Source: Acidimicrobiia bacterium (GTDB taxonomy: Bacteria > Actinomycetota > Acidimicrobiia > Spongiisociales > ZC4RG35). From it: a stretch of DNA of 64,000 nucleotides. The position numbers were made by a program, and so were the translations under genes. Positions 11,068-20,540 of this stretch are shown piece by piece. The stretch spans positions 576,001-640,000 of the forward strand of contig OZ244034.1 in the NCBI GenBank assembly GCA_965215185.1, given 5' to 3'. Under the pieces are notes generated by a model, which saw nothing but the letters and a program-made list of their open reading frames with translations, was not told the DNA's origin and did no database searches. Every line of letters starts with the position of its first letter. Position 1 is the first letter of the stretch.

Positions 11068-11424
11068 TTAGATTGCGTGTCTCTTGAGGTCGTCGAGATT
11101 GACCCACTCCAAGGCGACCAGGGCAGTGGCTTCCAGCTTGACCCGCGGGGCCATGCCTGCTTCGAAGGCTTCTTGCCAGCGAGAAGCGCAGAGGCACCAA
11201 CAATCTCCGGGACGTAGTCCGTCGAACCCGTAAAAGGGCATGGGGGTGCTCAGGTCGTTTCCGCGGGACTTGCTGAATGCCAGGAACTCCTCGGTCATCT
11301 CGGCGCACACCGCGTGAACGCCGACATCGTCTCCGCTGGCTTGACAGGATCCGGTGCGGTAGTAGCCGGTGAGCGGTTGCATGGAGCAGGGCTCAAGTTC
11401 GCCTCCCAGCACGTTAATCAGCAT
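11068..11424 (-). CDS. DUF2237 family protein
   Basis: NVLG..LEPCS..PLTGYYRTG.C, GNDLSTP and WCLCASRW. Confidence 0.9.
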   Translation of the reverse strand: MLINVLGGELEPCSMQPLTGYYRTGSCQASGDDVGVHAVCAEMTEEFLAFSKSRGNDLSTPMPFYGFDGLRPGDCWCLCASRWQEAFEAGMAPRVKLEATALVALEWVNLDDLKRHAI

Positions 11425-11438
11425 GGAGGGGGTTGAAC

Positions 11439-12446
11439 TCAAGTTGCGGCCCACGTCCCGGCGGAGGTGAACAGCGCGTCCAAGTCCGCTGGTCCCCTAT
11501 TTTGGGCCTGCACGATTTGCAGTTGCATCTCCTCGCCGTAAGTGGGATGCGACACCTTACGAAACACTCCCAGAGGGGTGGGACCAAACGGACCGTGGGC
11601 CAGCCGGCTGATCGCGAAAGCCACACTGGGGTTCTCACGAGAAGGATCGTGAACCACAATCTGCTCTCTTTTCACCGAGGAAGTGGGTTTGATCGTGGCC
11701 TCGCCCCCTTCCATCACCACACAGTTCTCTCCCGATCTCCCAAAGACGATGGGCTGGCCGGCGTGCAGATTGATCCGATTGGCGACCCGTTCGGTCTTGC
11801 CGGTCAACTGGACAAAGGCCTTGTCGTTGAAGACATTGCAATTCTGATAGATCTCGATGAAGGCGGACCCTTTGTGGGAGACCGCTTCCCCCAGAACATG
11901 CGTGGTGTGATTGCGGTCCATATCGATGGTTCTGGCCACGAACGTGGCCTCCGCTCCCAAGGCCAGGCTCACCGGGTTGAAAGGAACATCGATCGACCCG
12001 AAGGGACTGGACTTGGTTCGCTTTCCCACCTCTGAGGTGGGTGAGTATTGACCCTTGGTTAGCCCATAGATCTGGTTGTTGAAAAGGAGTATCTTCAGAT
12101 TGACGTTGCGCCGCAGGGAGTGAATCAGATGGTTGCCCCCTATGGAGAGGGCGTCTCCGTCTCCGGTCACCACCCAAATCGACAGGTCGGGACGGGAGGA
12201 GGCCAAACCGGTGGCAATGGCCGGGGCTCGACCATGAATGGTGTGGAACCCGTAGGTCTTCATGTAGTAAGGAAAGCGGGCCGCGCAGCCTATGCCGGAA
12301 ATGACCACAATGTTCTCCCGTGGAACTCCCATTTGCGTCATGAAGGTCTGCACGGTGGCCAAGATCGTGTAATCGCCGCACCCAGGGCACCACCTCACCT
12401 CCTGGTCGCTCTGGAAATCGGACCGGCTGAAGGTGATGTTGCTCAC
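11439..12446 (-). CDS. korB: 2-oxoacid:ferredoxin oxidoreductase beta subunit
   Basis: WCPGCGD, SGIGC, TPP-binding GDGD...NN and YGLTKGQ. Confidence 0.93.
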   Translation of the reverse strand: MSNITFSRSDFQSDQEVRWCPGCGDYTILATVQTFMTQMGVPRENIVVISGIGCAARFPYYMKTYGFHTIHGRAPAIATGLASSRPDLSIWVVTGDGDALSIGGNHLIHSLRRNVNLKILLFNNQIYGLTKGQYSPTSEVGKRTKSSPFGSIDVPFNPVSLALGAEATFVARTIDMDRNHTTHVLGEAVSHKGSAFIEIYQNCNVFNDKAFVQLTGKTERVANRINLHAGQPIVFGRSGENCVVMEGGEATIKPTSSVKREQIVVHDPSRENPSVAFAISRLAHGPFGPTPLGVFRKVSHPTYGEEMQLQIVQAQNRGPADLDALFTSAGTWAAT

Positions 12447-14332
12447 GATTCGAGAATCTCCAAAATCTTGTCTCTTACTTCCCCGATATAGAAAGGAATT
12501 CCGGCCACCTTGTGGAGACCCACCGAATCTTTCAGGTAGTTGGCGCGGATCACATAACGCAACTGTCCCATGTTGAGTTCCGGTATCAGAATCTTCTCAT
12601 AGGAATGCACCACATCCCCCAGATTGGCGGGGAAGGGATTCATATGACGCAGATGAGCGTAAGCGACCTGGTAACCCTCACGGTTGAGGTTGCGACACGC
12701 AGCACCCACAGTTCCTTTGGTGGAACCCCAACTCAGCACCAGCAGAGGAGCGTCGAGTTCACCCTGCACTTGGAGCTCAGGGATGTCGTTGGCGATGTTC
12801 GCCACTTTCCAGGCACGGGAATCGGTCATCAACTGGTGGTTTTCCGGGTTGTAGGAGATATCGCCGCTGATGTTCTCTTTTTCCAGCCCGCCGATCCTAT
12901 GTTCCAAGCCCCTGGTGCCGGGGATGGCCCAAGGGCGGGAGAACGTGTTGAAATCGCGCAGATAGGGGAGATACTGACCATTGGCGCCGTTTGGAGCCGA
13001 GGCGAAGGGCACACTGATGTCAGGCAGGTCAGCGGTGTTCGGAATCCGCCAAGGTTCGGAGCCGTTGGCGATGTGGTTATCGGAAAGAAGGATCACCGGG
13101 GTCATGTATTTGAGGGCTAATCGGGCCGCCTCTATGGTCGTTTCCACCACATCGGAGGGAGTGGAGCAGGCAATAACCGGGATGGGAGACTCACCGTGTC
13201 GGCCGAACAGGGAAAACAGAAGGTCGGTCTGCTCCGGTTTGGTGGGCATTCCCGTGGAGGGACCGGCCCTTTGCACATTCACCACCAATAGTGGCAATTC
13301 GGCGGTGAGAGCCAGACTGATCGCTTCACTCTTCAAGGCGATTCCCGGCCCCGACGACCCGGTTACCGCCAAGCTTCCCCCGAAGGAAGCTCCGATCGCG
13401 GCCCCCACCGCGGCGATTTCGTCCTCGGCCTGGAACGTCCTGACCCCTAGCCGTTTGTGGCGTGACAGTTCGTGGAGAATGTCGGATGCAGGGGTGATGG
13501 GGTAGGAGCCGTAGAAGAGGGGGAGCTTGGCGCAATAGGAAGCAGCGATCAACCCCCAAGCCAGGGCGGTGTTACCGGTGAGATTGGTGTAGATGCCGGA
13601 GGGAAGGCGGGCTGGCTTCACCATGAAGACGGTCCTGGAAGCCTCGGTGGTTATCCCGAAGTTGTACCCGGCTTGCAGGGCGGCCAAGTTGGCGTCGCGC
13701 ACCATGGGCTTGCGGGCGAATTTGGTGTTGGTCCACTCCTTGACGGGATCGAGAGGCCGCTGGAAGAGCCAGGCCAAGAAACCCAAGGCTACGAAGTTGC
13801 GGGAGCGGAGCACCGACCGCCCCTTGACCTTGTCTGACACCGCCTCCTTGGTGATGGTGTTCATGGGAATCTCGATCAGGTCGTATTGGTTGAGACTGCC
13901 GTCGATCAAAGGGTTGTCGTGGTACCCGGCTTTGGCGAGGCCCCGCTCGTCGAATGCCTCGTTGTTCACGATCAGGGTTCCACCCTGGCGGAGGTCGGCG
14001 ATGTTCGATTTGAGGGCTGCAGGATTCATGGCCACCATGCAGTCGGGCTGATCGCCCGAAGTGGAGATGTCCCAGTCCGCTATTTGGATTTGAAAGGACG
14101 AAACTCCGGGAAGGGTACCCGCAGGGGCCCGGATCTCGGCAGGAAAGCTGGGCAGGGTGTAAAGATCGTTGCCGAAGGCCGCCGAGGTGTCAGCGAAGCG
14201 ATTCCCGGCCAACTGCATTCCGTCCCCCGAGTCGCCCGCGAAGCGGACAGTGACTTGTGTTAGTAGTGTGGCGTCACCATTGGACGACGGGCTGGAAATG
14301 CCCGCCTGGGCGTCGGTGGTTAGCGATGTCAC
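12443..14332 (-). CDS. korA: 2-oxoacid:acceptor oxidoreductase alpha subunit
   Basis: AGDSGDG, YPITP, EDEIAA and QRAGPSTG; overlaps the beta-subunit start. Confidence 0.93.
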   Translation of the reverse strand: MTSLTTDAQAGISSPSSNGDATLLTQVTVRFAGDSGDGMQLAGNRFADTSAAFGNDLYTLPSFPAEIRAPAGTLPGVSSFQIQIADWDISTSGDQPDCMVAMNPAALKSNIADLRQGGTLIVNNEAFDERGLAKAGYHDNPLIDGSLNQYDLIEIPMNTITKEAVSDKVKGRSVLRSRNFVALGFLAWLFQRPLDPVKEWTNTKFARKPMVRDANLAALQAGYNFGITTEASRTVFMVKPARLPSGIYTNLTGNTALAWGLIAASYCAKLPLFYGSYPITPASDILHELSRHKRLGVRTFQAEDEIAAVGAAIGASFGGSLAVTGSSGPGIALKSEAISLALTAELPLLVVNVQRAGPSTGMPTKPEQTDLLFSLFGRHGESPIPVIACSTPSDVVETTIEAARLALKYMTPVILLSDNHIANGSEPWRIPNTADLPDISVPFASAPNGANGQYLPYLRDFNTFSRPWAIPGTRGLEHRIGGLEKENISGDISYNPENHQLMTDSRAWKVANIANDIPELQVQGELDAPLLVLSWGSTKGTVGAACRNLNREGYQVAYAHLRHMNPFPANLGDVVHSYEKILIPELNMGQLRYVIRANYLKDSVGLHKVAGIPFYIGEVRDKILEILES

Positions 14333-14408
14333 AGTGGGAAAATCAAAGCTCTCTCGTTGGTGGCCAATGATAGCCCCACCCGCGTTCCTTTCAACTGTCT
14401 ATTGGCCC

Positions 14409-15833
14409 TCAGTTAGAGGATTGAGCGCCGATGGCCAGGATCGATCGGGCAATTCCCGCTCCTTCCAGGGCGGTGGCGGTCCTGAGCAGCAGATCCTCCC
14501 GCCACCAGGGGGCCACCAGTTGCAGCGAGAAGGGAACCCCTTCGGTTTGATCGGAACGGGGAACCGGAATGCTGATGGCGGGACAGCCGCTGATGTTGAC
14601 CAAAGAGGTGAACCAGGAAAACACCATCCGATACAGAAGTCTGCCCTGGTTGGTCTCCATTTCCTGGTTGCCTATCACTTTGCGCAATCCCCCCGAGGTG
14701 GGAATCGCCAGCACATCGAAGCGGCGGAAAGCAGATCTAAAGCGGTGCCGCAGAAGAGCCTGCCAGGCTTGGGCCCTCAACAATGCCTCGGCTGGGTACC
14801 TTCCCCCGATCTGAAGGGTTTCCCGTATCCGGTCCGCCACCTCCGCGCCGTAGGGTTTTCCTGCTTCCCACCAAAGACGGTGGACGGTGGCTACTTGGGG
14901 ATACAGGATGTCATTGATTCTTCCCGGAGGCCCCAGAACCGGATCATCGAACTGTTCGATCCGCGCTCCCATGTCCTCCAGTTGCCCTACGACCTCATTA
15001 AACCGCTCCCGGATTCCGGGTGTGTAGGGAGCACCTGCCAACCACTGTGCAGGAAGTCCGACCTTCAGGTCTTCAAACGATAGCGGATCCTCGAGTTGGT
15101 GGAGTTCGGTGGGACGGGGCGACGACCAGTGGTCCCGGGGATGCCAGCCGGCCAGGGCGGCATAGGTGAGAGTCAGATCCTCAGAATGCGCCGCCAGAGG
15201 TCCTACCGTGTCCAGGGAAGGCCCCAGCGGGAAGACTCCGGTCAGCGGGACGCGCCCGTGGGTTACCTTCAGTCCGAATATGCCGCACATGGCAGCCGGA
15301 ACCCGGATGGAGCCGCCGGTGTCCGTACCGATGGAAACCGGAGCCAGTCCGGCCGCAACTACTGCGGCTGACCCACCCGACGACCCTCCTGGGGAAGTGG
15401 CGGGATCATGGGGATTACGGATCGGGCCGAACCACTGGTTCTCGGAAGAGAACCCGAAAGCGAACTCGTGCAAACCTGCTCTGCCCACAATCACAGCCCC
15501 GGCTTCTTCCAGGCGTTCCACCACCGGGGCGGAGTTTTGGGGCACGATCCGATAGAAGGCCGAACCGCAGGTGTTGGGGATTCCGGCTTGATTGATCAGG
15601 TCTTTGACTACCACTGGCACCCCGCACAGGGGGCCGGGATCTTCTCCCGCCGCCACCCGCGCATCCAGAGCGGCGGCGCGGACCAGGGCCTGCTCATCAA
15701 TGAAGGTGGTGAGATTGAGGTCCGCCTGGCGGATGTGCAAGGCGCCCAACGCTTGCCGGGTGATTTGTTCTGCTGATCTTTTGCCGGCTCGAATCTGGCG
15801 GGCGATGTTCCGGGCGGAGGGCCTGATTTCCAT
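14409..15833 (-). CDS. Amidase-signature family enzyme
   Basis: Catalytic Lys (VKDL), GGSSGGS and GTDTGGSIRVPA. Confidence 0.92.
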   Translation of the reverse strand: MEIRPSARNIARQIRAGKRSAEQITRQALGALHIRQADLNLTTFIDEQALVRAAALDARVAAGEDPGPLCGVPVVVKDLINQAGIPNTCGSAFYRIVPQNSAPVVERLEEAGAVIVGRAGLHEFAFGFSSENQWFGPIRNPHDPATSPGGSSGGSAAVVAAGLAPVSIGTDTGGSIRVPAAMCGIFGLKVTHGRVPLTGVFPLGPSLDTVGPLAAHSEDLTLTYAALAGWHPRDHWSSPRPTELHQLEDPLSFEDLKVGLPAQWLAGAPYTPGIRERFNEVVGQLEDMGARIEQFDDPVLGPPGRINDILYPQVATVHRLWWEAGKPYGAEVADRIRETLQIGGRYPAEALLRAQAWQALLRHRFRSAFRRFDVLAIPTSGGLRKVIGNQEMETNQGRLLYRMVFSWFTSLVNISGCPAISIPVPRSDQTEGVPFSLQLVAPWWREDLLLRTATALEGAGIARSILAIGAQSSN

Positions 15834-15835
15834 AC

Positions 15836-17026
15836 CTACCAGGAGACCGGTCGGCCCTCAGGGAAAAGGCTGATCCAGGGTCGACCGGCTGGAACGGTCA
15901 TGGGAGAGCCGTCGTGCAAGAGGAAGGAGAATGGCTGGGTGGTATCCGCCCGTTCCCACTTTCCTTCCGCTACTTGGCCCTTGGCGAAAACAAGCATCCG
16001 TCCTTCACCGGTGGTTTCCATGGTTGGTAAGGCGTATCCGTTTCCGGTGGGAGGCTGGGTGTAGAACAGGTTGGAAAACAGTACGACCAACGTGTCGGCG
16101 GTGATGATCTCCTCCACACCATTGCCGCGGGTCCAGGTGTGAGGGCCATCCGGCAGGTGGCGCTCCCACTCCACTCCGTTCCACCGCCAGGTTATGGCAT
16201 TGGTGGGCGCCCATTCCATCTCCACTTGGGATACTCCACCCAGGTTGGCGTCAGGAGATAACTCTCCGAATTCGAACAGAGGGGGAGGGCCGGTATTCGG
16301 ATATAGTCGATCGTCGGCGACGGAGCGCAACTCGGCGGTGTTGACATAGTAATTGTGGGGCGCCTTACGAGTGGGGTCGCGAAAGCCCCCCACGCCGATC
16401 TCACCGATAACACCCACGCCGTTGCGTGGGAAGGATCTGAGTATCCAGTCTTGGCCTCCGCTGGTCAGGAGGGTGGCGTTGAAGGGTCTAAGCAAATGGG
16501 GATCGGTGGGCCGCACGGAGCGGACCGGACCCACTGCGGATGAGTCCACGGAGTGAAAGAGGGCTATGAACCGCGTTATGCCCGATTCGACCAGAATTTC
16601 AAATACCGCCTCCGCCTCTCCGATGCCCGATTGAGGACGCGCGTCCCAGTGATTGTCCACCTTGACGGCCATGGTGCGCCGGTTCAGCAAGTCTGAGTTC
16701 TCCACTCCCAATCCCGTGAGAGGACTCGGGGGGAGAACCGGTTCGGGGATCGTGGTTGTAGAACTGGTGGTGGTGGGTCCGACAATGGTGCTGGTTGTGG
16801 AACTGGGGGCCACTGTGTCGGTGGTGGTTTCGGTCGCGCTGGTGGATGTTGGGGTGGTGGTTTCAGAAGCAGCGCTGGTGGCGCCAGTCGTGGAACTGGT
16901 GGTGGAGTCAGAGATGGTGGTGGGAGTTGCGGTCGAGGTAGGTTGCTCTACAGGGTCCTCTGCAGCTTCTCCTCCACAAGCGGCCGCCAGGATGACCAGG
17001 ACAACCGACAACACAGTCTTTCGCAT
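15836..17026 (-). CDS. DUF3048 (YerB-like) lipoprotein with Thr/Ser-rich linker
   Basis: Lipobox LAAAC; Thr-rich tract; SPLTG, VKVDN...ARPQSG, VE.GITR, GPVRSVR and APHN motifs. Confidence 0.88.
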   Translation of the reverse strand: MRKTVLSVVLVILAAACGGEAAEDPVEQPTSTATPTTISDSTTSSTTGATSAASETTTPTSTSATETTTDTVAPSSTTSTIVGPTTTSSTTTIPEPVLPPSPLTGLGVENSDLLNRRTMAVKVDNHWDARPQSGIGEAEAVFEILVESGITRFIALFHSVDSSAVGPVRSVRPTDPHLLRPFNATLLTSGGQDWILRSFPRNGVGVIGEIGVGGFRDPTRKAPHNYYVNTAELRSVADDRLYPNTGPPPLFEFGELSPDANLGGVSQVEMEWAPTNAITWRWNGVEWERHLPDGPHTWTRGNGVEEIITADTLVVLFSNLFYTQPPTGNGYALPTMETTGEGRMLVFAKGQVAEGKWERADTTQPFSFLLHDGSPMTVPAGRPWISLFPEGRPVSW

Positions 17027-17068
17027 TAGGGGAGATGCTAAAGGCAAACGCCCCCCAGCTTTGGTGTT

Positions 17069-17908
17069 TTACTTTTGACATCCCGTTCCCCCGGAGAGAG
17101 CGACCAGTTCATCCTCAGAATCGGGTCCAGAGAAAACACCCAAAAGGTAGCCTGGTCCGGGCACATCCACTTCCATGATGGTCCCGTGGACGGAATGGTC
17201 GAGCGTGATGGAGGACTCACCATAGATTGATGAGGAACGGGACAAGGTTGCTCCTAGTTGGAGGCCCTCCGAAGTTCGAAGAGATGTCCCATCCGGTGAT
17301 GAAGAACCATCCGGGAGTGAGTAGATGAAAGAAAAGAAGTGTTCCTGCCCGTCCGGTCCCCAGTCGGTGGGACCATCGGAGAAATACGCAGCCAGACTCC
17401 CCCATGTGACCACCCGCGCCCTGGTCCCGGGGCATTGCAGGTTGTCGAGGTCGGCGGGTAGCCACCCTGTATCACTATCCGGGGCCCCCAGCGCTTCGGT
17501 GAGGATGGAGACCGATCTTCGAATGTCGGTCCCGAAGGGAAGCGGTCCCAGACCTTCAGGTTGGAGGCGGAGATCTGAGGCGCGAATGGGCTCTTCCACA
17601 AATGTGGCCGGCGGGGGAGGAAGCGTTGGCAGGGAGGTTTCGGAGACCGCGGTGGTGGGGGTGTCAGTCGGCTCCGGCAAGGTTGTGACAGATCCGCCGG
17701 GTGCGGTGGTGGTTGAGGTGGTCACGCTGCCGCTGGTGATGTCTTGCGAGGCGACGGGCCCACCGGTGAGCCCGGAGCTTCCCAGGGCGTTGCGAATAAC
17801 CAGCAGCACCGCGGCGGCAGCCATGATAACTACCAGGGTTCCCAGAGTCACCAGGACCCTTCTCTGCCATTGTTCCATACGGCTTGGGGATCGGGGAGGT
17901 GGGTGCAT
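17069..17908 (-). CDS. Membrane-anchored exported hypothetical protein with Thr/Pro-rich linker
   Basis: N-terminal transmembrane helix, T/P linker and a globular C-terminal domain (GLGPL.FG, LG.PDSDTGW, two Cys). Start uncertain. Confidence 0.75.
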   Translation of the reverse strand: MHPPPRSPSRMEQWQRRVLVTLGTLVVIMAAAAVLLVIRNALGSSGLTGGPVASQDITSGSVTTSTTTAPGGSVTTLPEPTDTPTTAVSETSLPTLPPPPATFVEEPIRASDLRLQPEGLGPLPFGTDIRRSVSILTEALGAPDSDTGWLPADLDNLQCPGTRARVVTWGSLAAYFSDGPTDWGPDGQEHFFSFIYSLPDGSSSPDGTSLRTSEGLQLGATLSRSSSIYGESSITLDHSVHGTIMEVDVPGPGYLLGVFSGPDSEDELVALSGGTGCQK

Positions 17909-17920
17909 CGGATCAATCTG

Positions 17921-18385
17921 TTAGAAGGGGTGCTGATCGGGAGGTCGGGTGGGAGGGGGCCCAAGCCTTTTGTAACTGTGCGGGGGGAAAAGCAAACGGT
18001 ACATGTTGCTGGCGCGGATTGGTCCGAAGTTGCGGGAATCATCTCGGGTCAGAGAGCGCTGGTCGGAGAGGACGAACAACATTCTCAGAGGCACTGCCCA
18101 CTCTCCGTCGGGCGCCGACCATCCGCGACCCCACTCGTCCAGACCGGGTTGCCCGTTAACAAGCACTTCTCCGGTTTCGATATTAATGCGCTCTTCGCCG
18201 AGCCCCACCACCCGTTTGACCAGCCAGAATCCAGATCGACGAGGATGGGGGAAAGCCACCACCGTTCCTCGTCTGGGAGGTTTCTTATTGTTGGTGCGCC
18301 ACCCGATGAACCGGTCACCATCCCGCAGGGCAGGGCTCATGGAGGAGCCCGAGACCACGAACGACCTGAATCCGAGTCTGCCCAT
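17921..18385 (-). CDS. sodX: S26 family peptidase, probable NiSOD maturation protease
   Basis: GSSM.P.L Ser box, VKRVVG Lys box and DSRNFG; divergent from sodN across 54 bp. Confidence 0.8.
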   Translation of the reverse strand: MGRLGFRSFVVSGSSMSPALRDGDRFIGWRTNNKKPPRRGTVVAFPHPRRSGFWLVKRVVGLGEERINIETGEVLVNGQPGLDEWGRGWSAPDGEWAVPLRMLFVLSDQRSLTRDDSRNFGPIRASNMYRLLFPPHSYKRLGPPPTRPPDQHPF

Positions 18386-18439
18386 TTCCGCTATTCTGGC
18401 GAGAACAGGATTTATTTTTTCCCCAGAGAGGAGAAGCCT

Positions 18440-18856
18440 ATGGCCCTTTTCAGGCCAGCAACCGTTGTCCATGCTCACTGCGATCTTTTTTGTGGAGTTT
18501 ATGACCCCGCCCAAGCCATGATTGAAGCGCGCTCGGTGCTCAACGCCTGCACCAAGTACGCCGGTTCCGAGGATCCGGTGTTCCAGAAGAGGTGCATACT
18601 CATCAAGGAGCAGCAGGCTGAGTTGGTGAAGCACCATCTCACGGTTTTGTGGTCGGACTTTTTCAAGCCCCACCATGCGGAGCGCTTTCCACAATTGCAT
18701 GATCTTTTCTGGCGGGCGCTCAAAGCCGCCGGTGATGCCAAGAAGTCAATGGATCCGGCCGTCTCCCAGGGCCTTTTGGATCTAATCGGCGAGATCTCCG
18801 ATATCTTCTGGCAGACCGACGAATCGCAGGCCGCAGGGGTGTATCCACCTTCCTAG
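18440..18856 (+). CDS. sodN: Nickel superoxide dismutase precursor
   Basis: 12-aa leader, then HCDLFCGVYDPAQA; IKEQQAELVKHHL.VLW.DFFK; GAGGAG RBS. Confidence 0.93.
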   Translation: MALFRPATVVHAHCDLFCGVYDPAQAMIEARSVLNACTKYAGSEDPVFQKRCILIKEQQAELVKHHLTVLWSDFFKPHHAERFPQLHDLFWRALKAAGDAKKSMDPAVSQGLLDLIGEISDIFWQTDESQAAGVYPPS

Positions 18857-18874
18857 CCGGGTAACCCTCTTGAG

Positions 18875-20539
18875 CTAGTCGAGCAGGTCTTCGTCCAGCT
18901 TGGCGAACAGTGGCTGGGGAGCTTGGAGTGTGGCGTCGGCGAGCGGAGATCGCTTCCATCCGCCGTCTGTCAGGGACCCTGGTTGCCCCAGCATGTCGTG
19001 GAGCTTTTCGCAGGAGAAGGGCAAGTAGGGGGAGAACCCCACCATCAGTCCCTTGATGGCTGAAAGGGCAGTATGGAGCACCGTCTGCGCCCGTTCGGGG
19101 TCATGACGCCGCAAGAGCCAGGGAGCTTGGGCGTTCAGGTAGATATTGACTGACTGAGCGCCTTCCATGGCTTGGCGCAGGCCGGCCCGTAGTTCGACCC
19201 GCTCCAGCATCTGGCCCGCCTTCAGCAATCCGGCGTCAATCTCCCTCAGAAGTTCCCGGTCATCTGGGGAGGGGGACTGGCGGGCAGGCATCCTGCCCGC
19301 ATACCAACTGTGGGTCATGGAGAGCACCCGATGCACCAGGTTGCCCCAGGTCGCCACCAGTTCATCGTTCACCCGCCGGATGAGTTCGGAATCGGAAAAG
19401 TCGGTGTCGTTCTGTTCGGGCAACGCCGATCCCAGCGCGTACCGCAGGGCGTCTGCCTGGATGCGGTCGGCATACCATCCGACCGATCGGCCTATTCCCC
19501 GACTGCTGGAGGCCTTCTCCTGACGGAAAGTCACGTATTGGTTGGCGGGAACATCGGTAGGGAGGTTGAGTCCTCCGTATCCCATCAGCATGGCTGGCCA
19601 GATCACCGCGTGAAAAGGTATGTTGTCCTTTCCGATGAAGTAGTACGACTCGGCCTCCGGGTCCTCCCACCAGCGTTTCCACTCCTCAGGGGTTCCTTGG
19701 ATTTGCGCCCACTCCTTGGCGGCCGACAGGTAGCCGATCACGGCGTCGAACCACACGTAGATGCGCTTTCCCTCTCCCAATTGGTCGGCGGGAGGGGGAA
19801 GGGGCACTCCCCAAAGAAGATCGCGGGTTATGGCACGTTGGGGAAGTCCCTCGTTAACCATCCCCATCGCCCAATTCTTCACGTGACGCCGCCATCCCTC
19901 TCTCGTGGACAGCCACTCGGACAGGCGATCCTGGAAAGCGTCCAACCTCAGAAAGAAGTGCTTGGTCTCTCGTGTGACCGGCGTGGCGTCCGACATCCTG
20001 CTGCGCGGCTTGATCAGTTCGATGGCGTCGAGAGTCCTCCCACAGTTGTCGCACTGGTCTCCCCGGGCATCCTGGTAGCCACAGTTCGGGCAGGTTCCTT
20101 CTACATACCGGTCGGGGAGAAACCGTTTCGCCTTGGGGTCGAACAATTGAGTGGAACCGCCCTCGGTGATGTAACCCTTCTCCAGCAAACGGGAGAAGAC
20201 ATCCTGTGTGACTGCATGATGGTTGGGGGTGCCGGTGGACGTATACAGGTCCCAGGAGATACCCAACTTCTCCCAATCGGTCAGGAATTCGGCGTGGTAT
20301 CGGTCAACGATCGCCTGAGGTTCCACCCCTGCCTGGTCGGCCAGCACAGTTATGGGGGTTCCGTGCACGTCGCTGCCGGAGACCATGAGCACCCGATTGC
20401 CTGCTATGCGGTGATAACGGGCGAAGATGTCGGCGGGGAGATAGGCGCCGGCGAGATGTCCCAGGTGACGGGAACCGGCCGCATACGGCCAAGCCACCGC
20501 CACCAGGATATGACGTGGAGAGTTCACTGGTGCTGGCAT
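18875..20539 (-). CDS. metG: Methionine--tRNA ligase (no C-terminal tRNA-binding appendix)
   Basis: AWPYA..HLGH, SGSD.HGTPI, zinc knuckle CPNC..GDQCDNC, YVWFDA and IGKDNIPFH. Confidence 0.95.
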   Translation of the reverse strand: MPAPVNSPRHILVAVAWPYAAGSRHLGHLAGAYLPADIFARYHRIAGNRVLMVSGSDVHGTPITVLADQAGVEPQAIVDRYHAEFLTDWEKLGISWDLYTSTGTPNHHAVTQDVFSRLLEKGYITEGGSTQLFDPKAKRFLPDRYVEGTCPNCGYQDARGDQCDNCGRTLDAIELIKPRSRMSDATPVTRETKHFFLRLDAFQDRLSEWLSTREGWRRHVKNWAMGMVNEGLPQRAITRDLLWGVPLPPPADQLGEGKRIYVWFDAVIGYLSAAKEWAQIQGTPEEWKRWWEDPEAESYYFIGKDNIPFHAVIWPAMLMGYGGLNLPTDVPANQYVTFRQEKASSSRGIGRSVGWYADRIQADALRYALGSALPEQNDTDFSDSELIRRVNDELVATWGNLVHRVLSMTHSWYAGRMPARQSPSPDDRELLREIDAGLLKAGQMLERVELRAGLRQAMEGAQSVNIYLNAQAPWLLRRHDPERAQTVLHTALSAIKGLMVGFSPYLPFSCEKLHDMLGQPGSLTDGGWKRSPLADATLQAPQPLFAKLDEDLLD

Positions 20540-20540
20540 T

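Noticed and set aside
17744-18700. Long overlapping 370-aa and 259-aa ORFs suggesting a sodN/sodX overlap
   Set aside because: Both are upstream extensions; homology begins at 18440 (+) and about 18385 (-).
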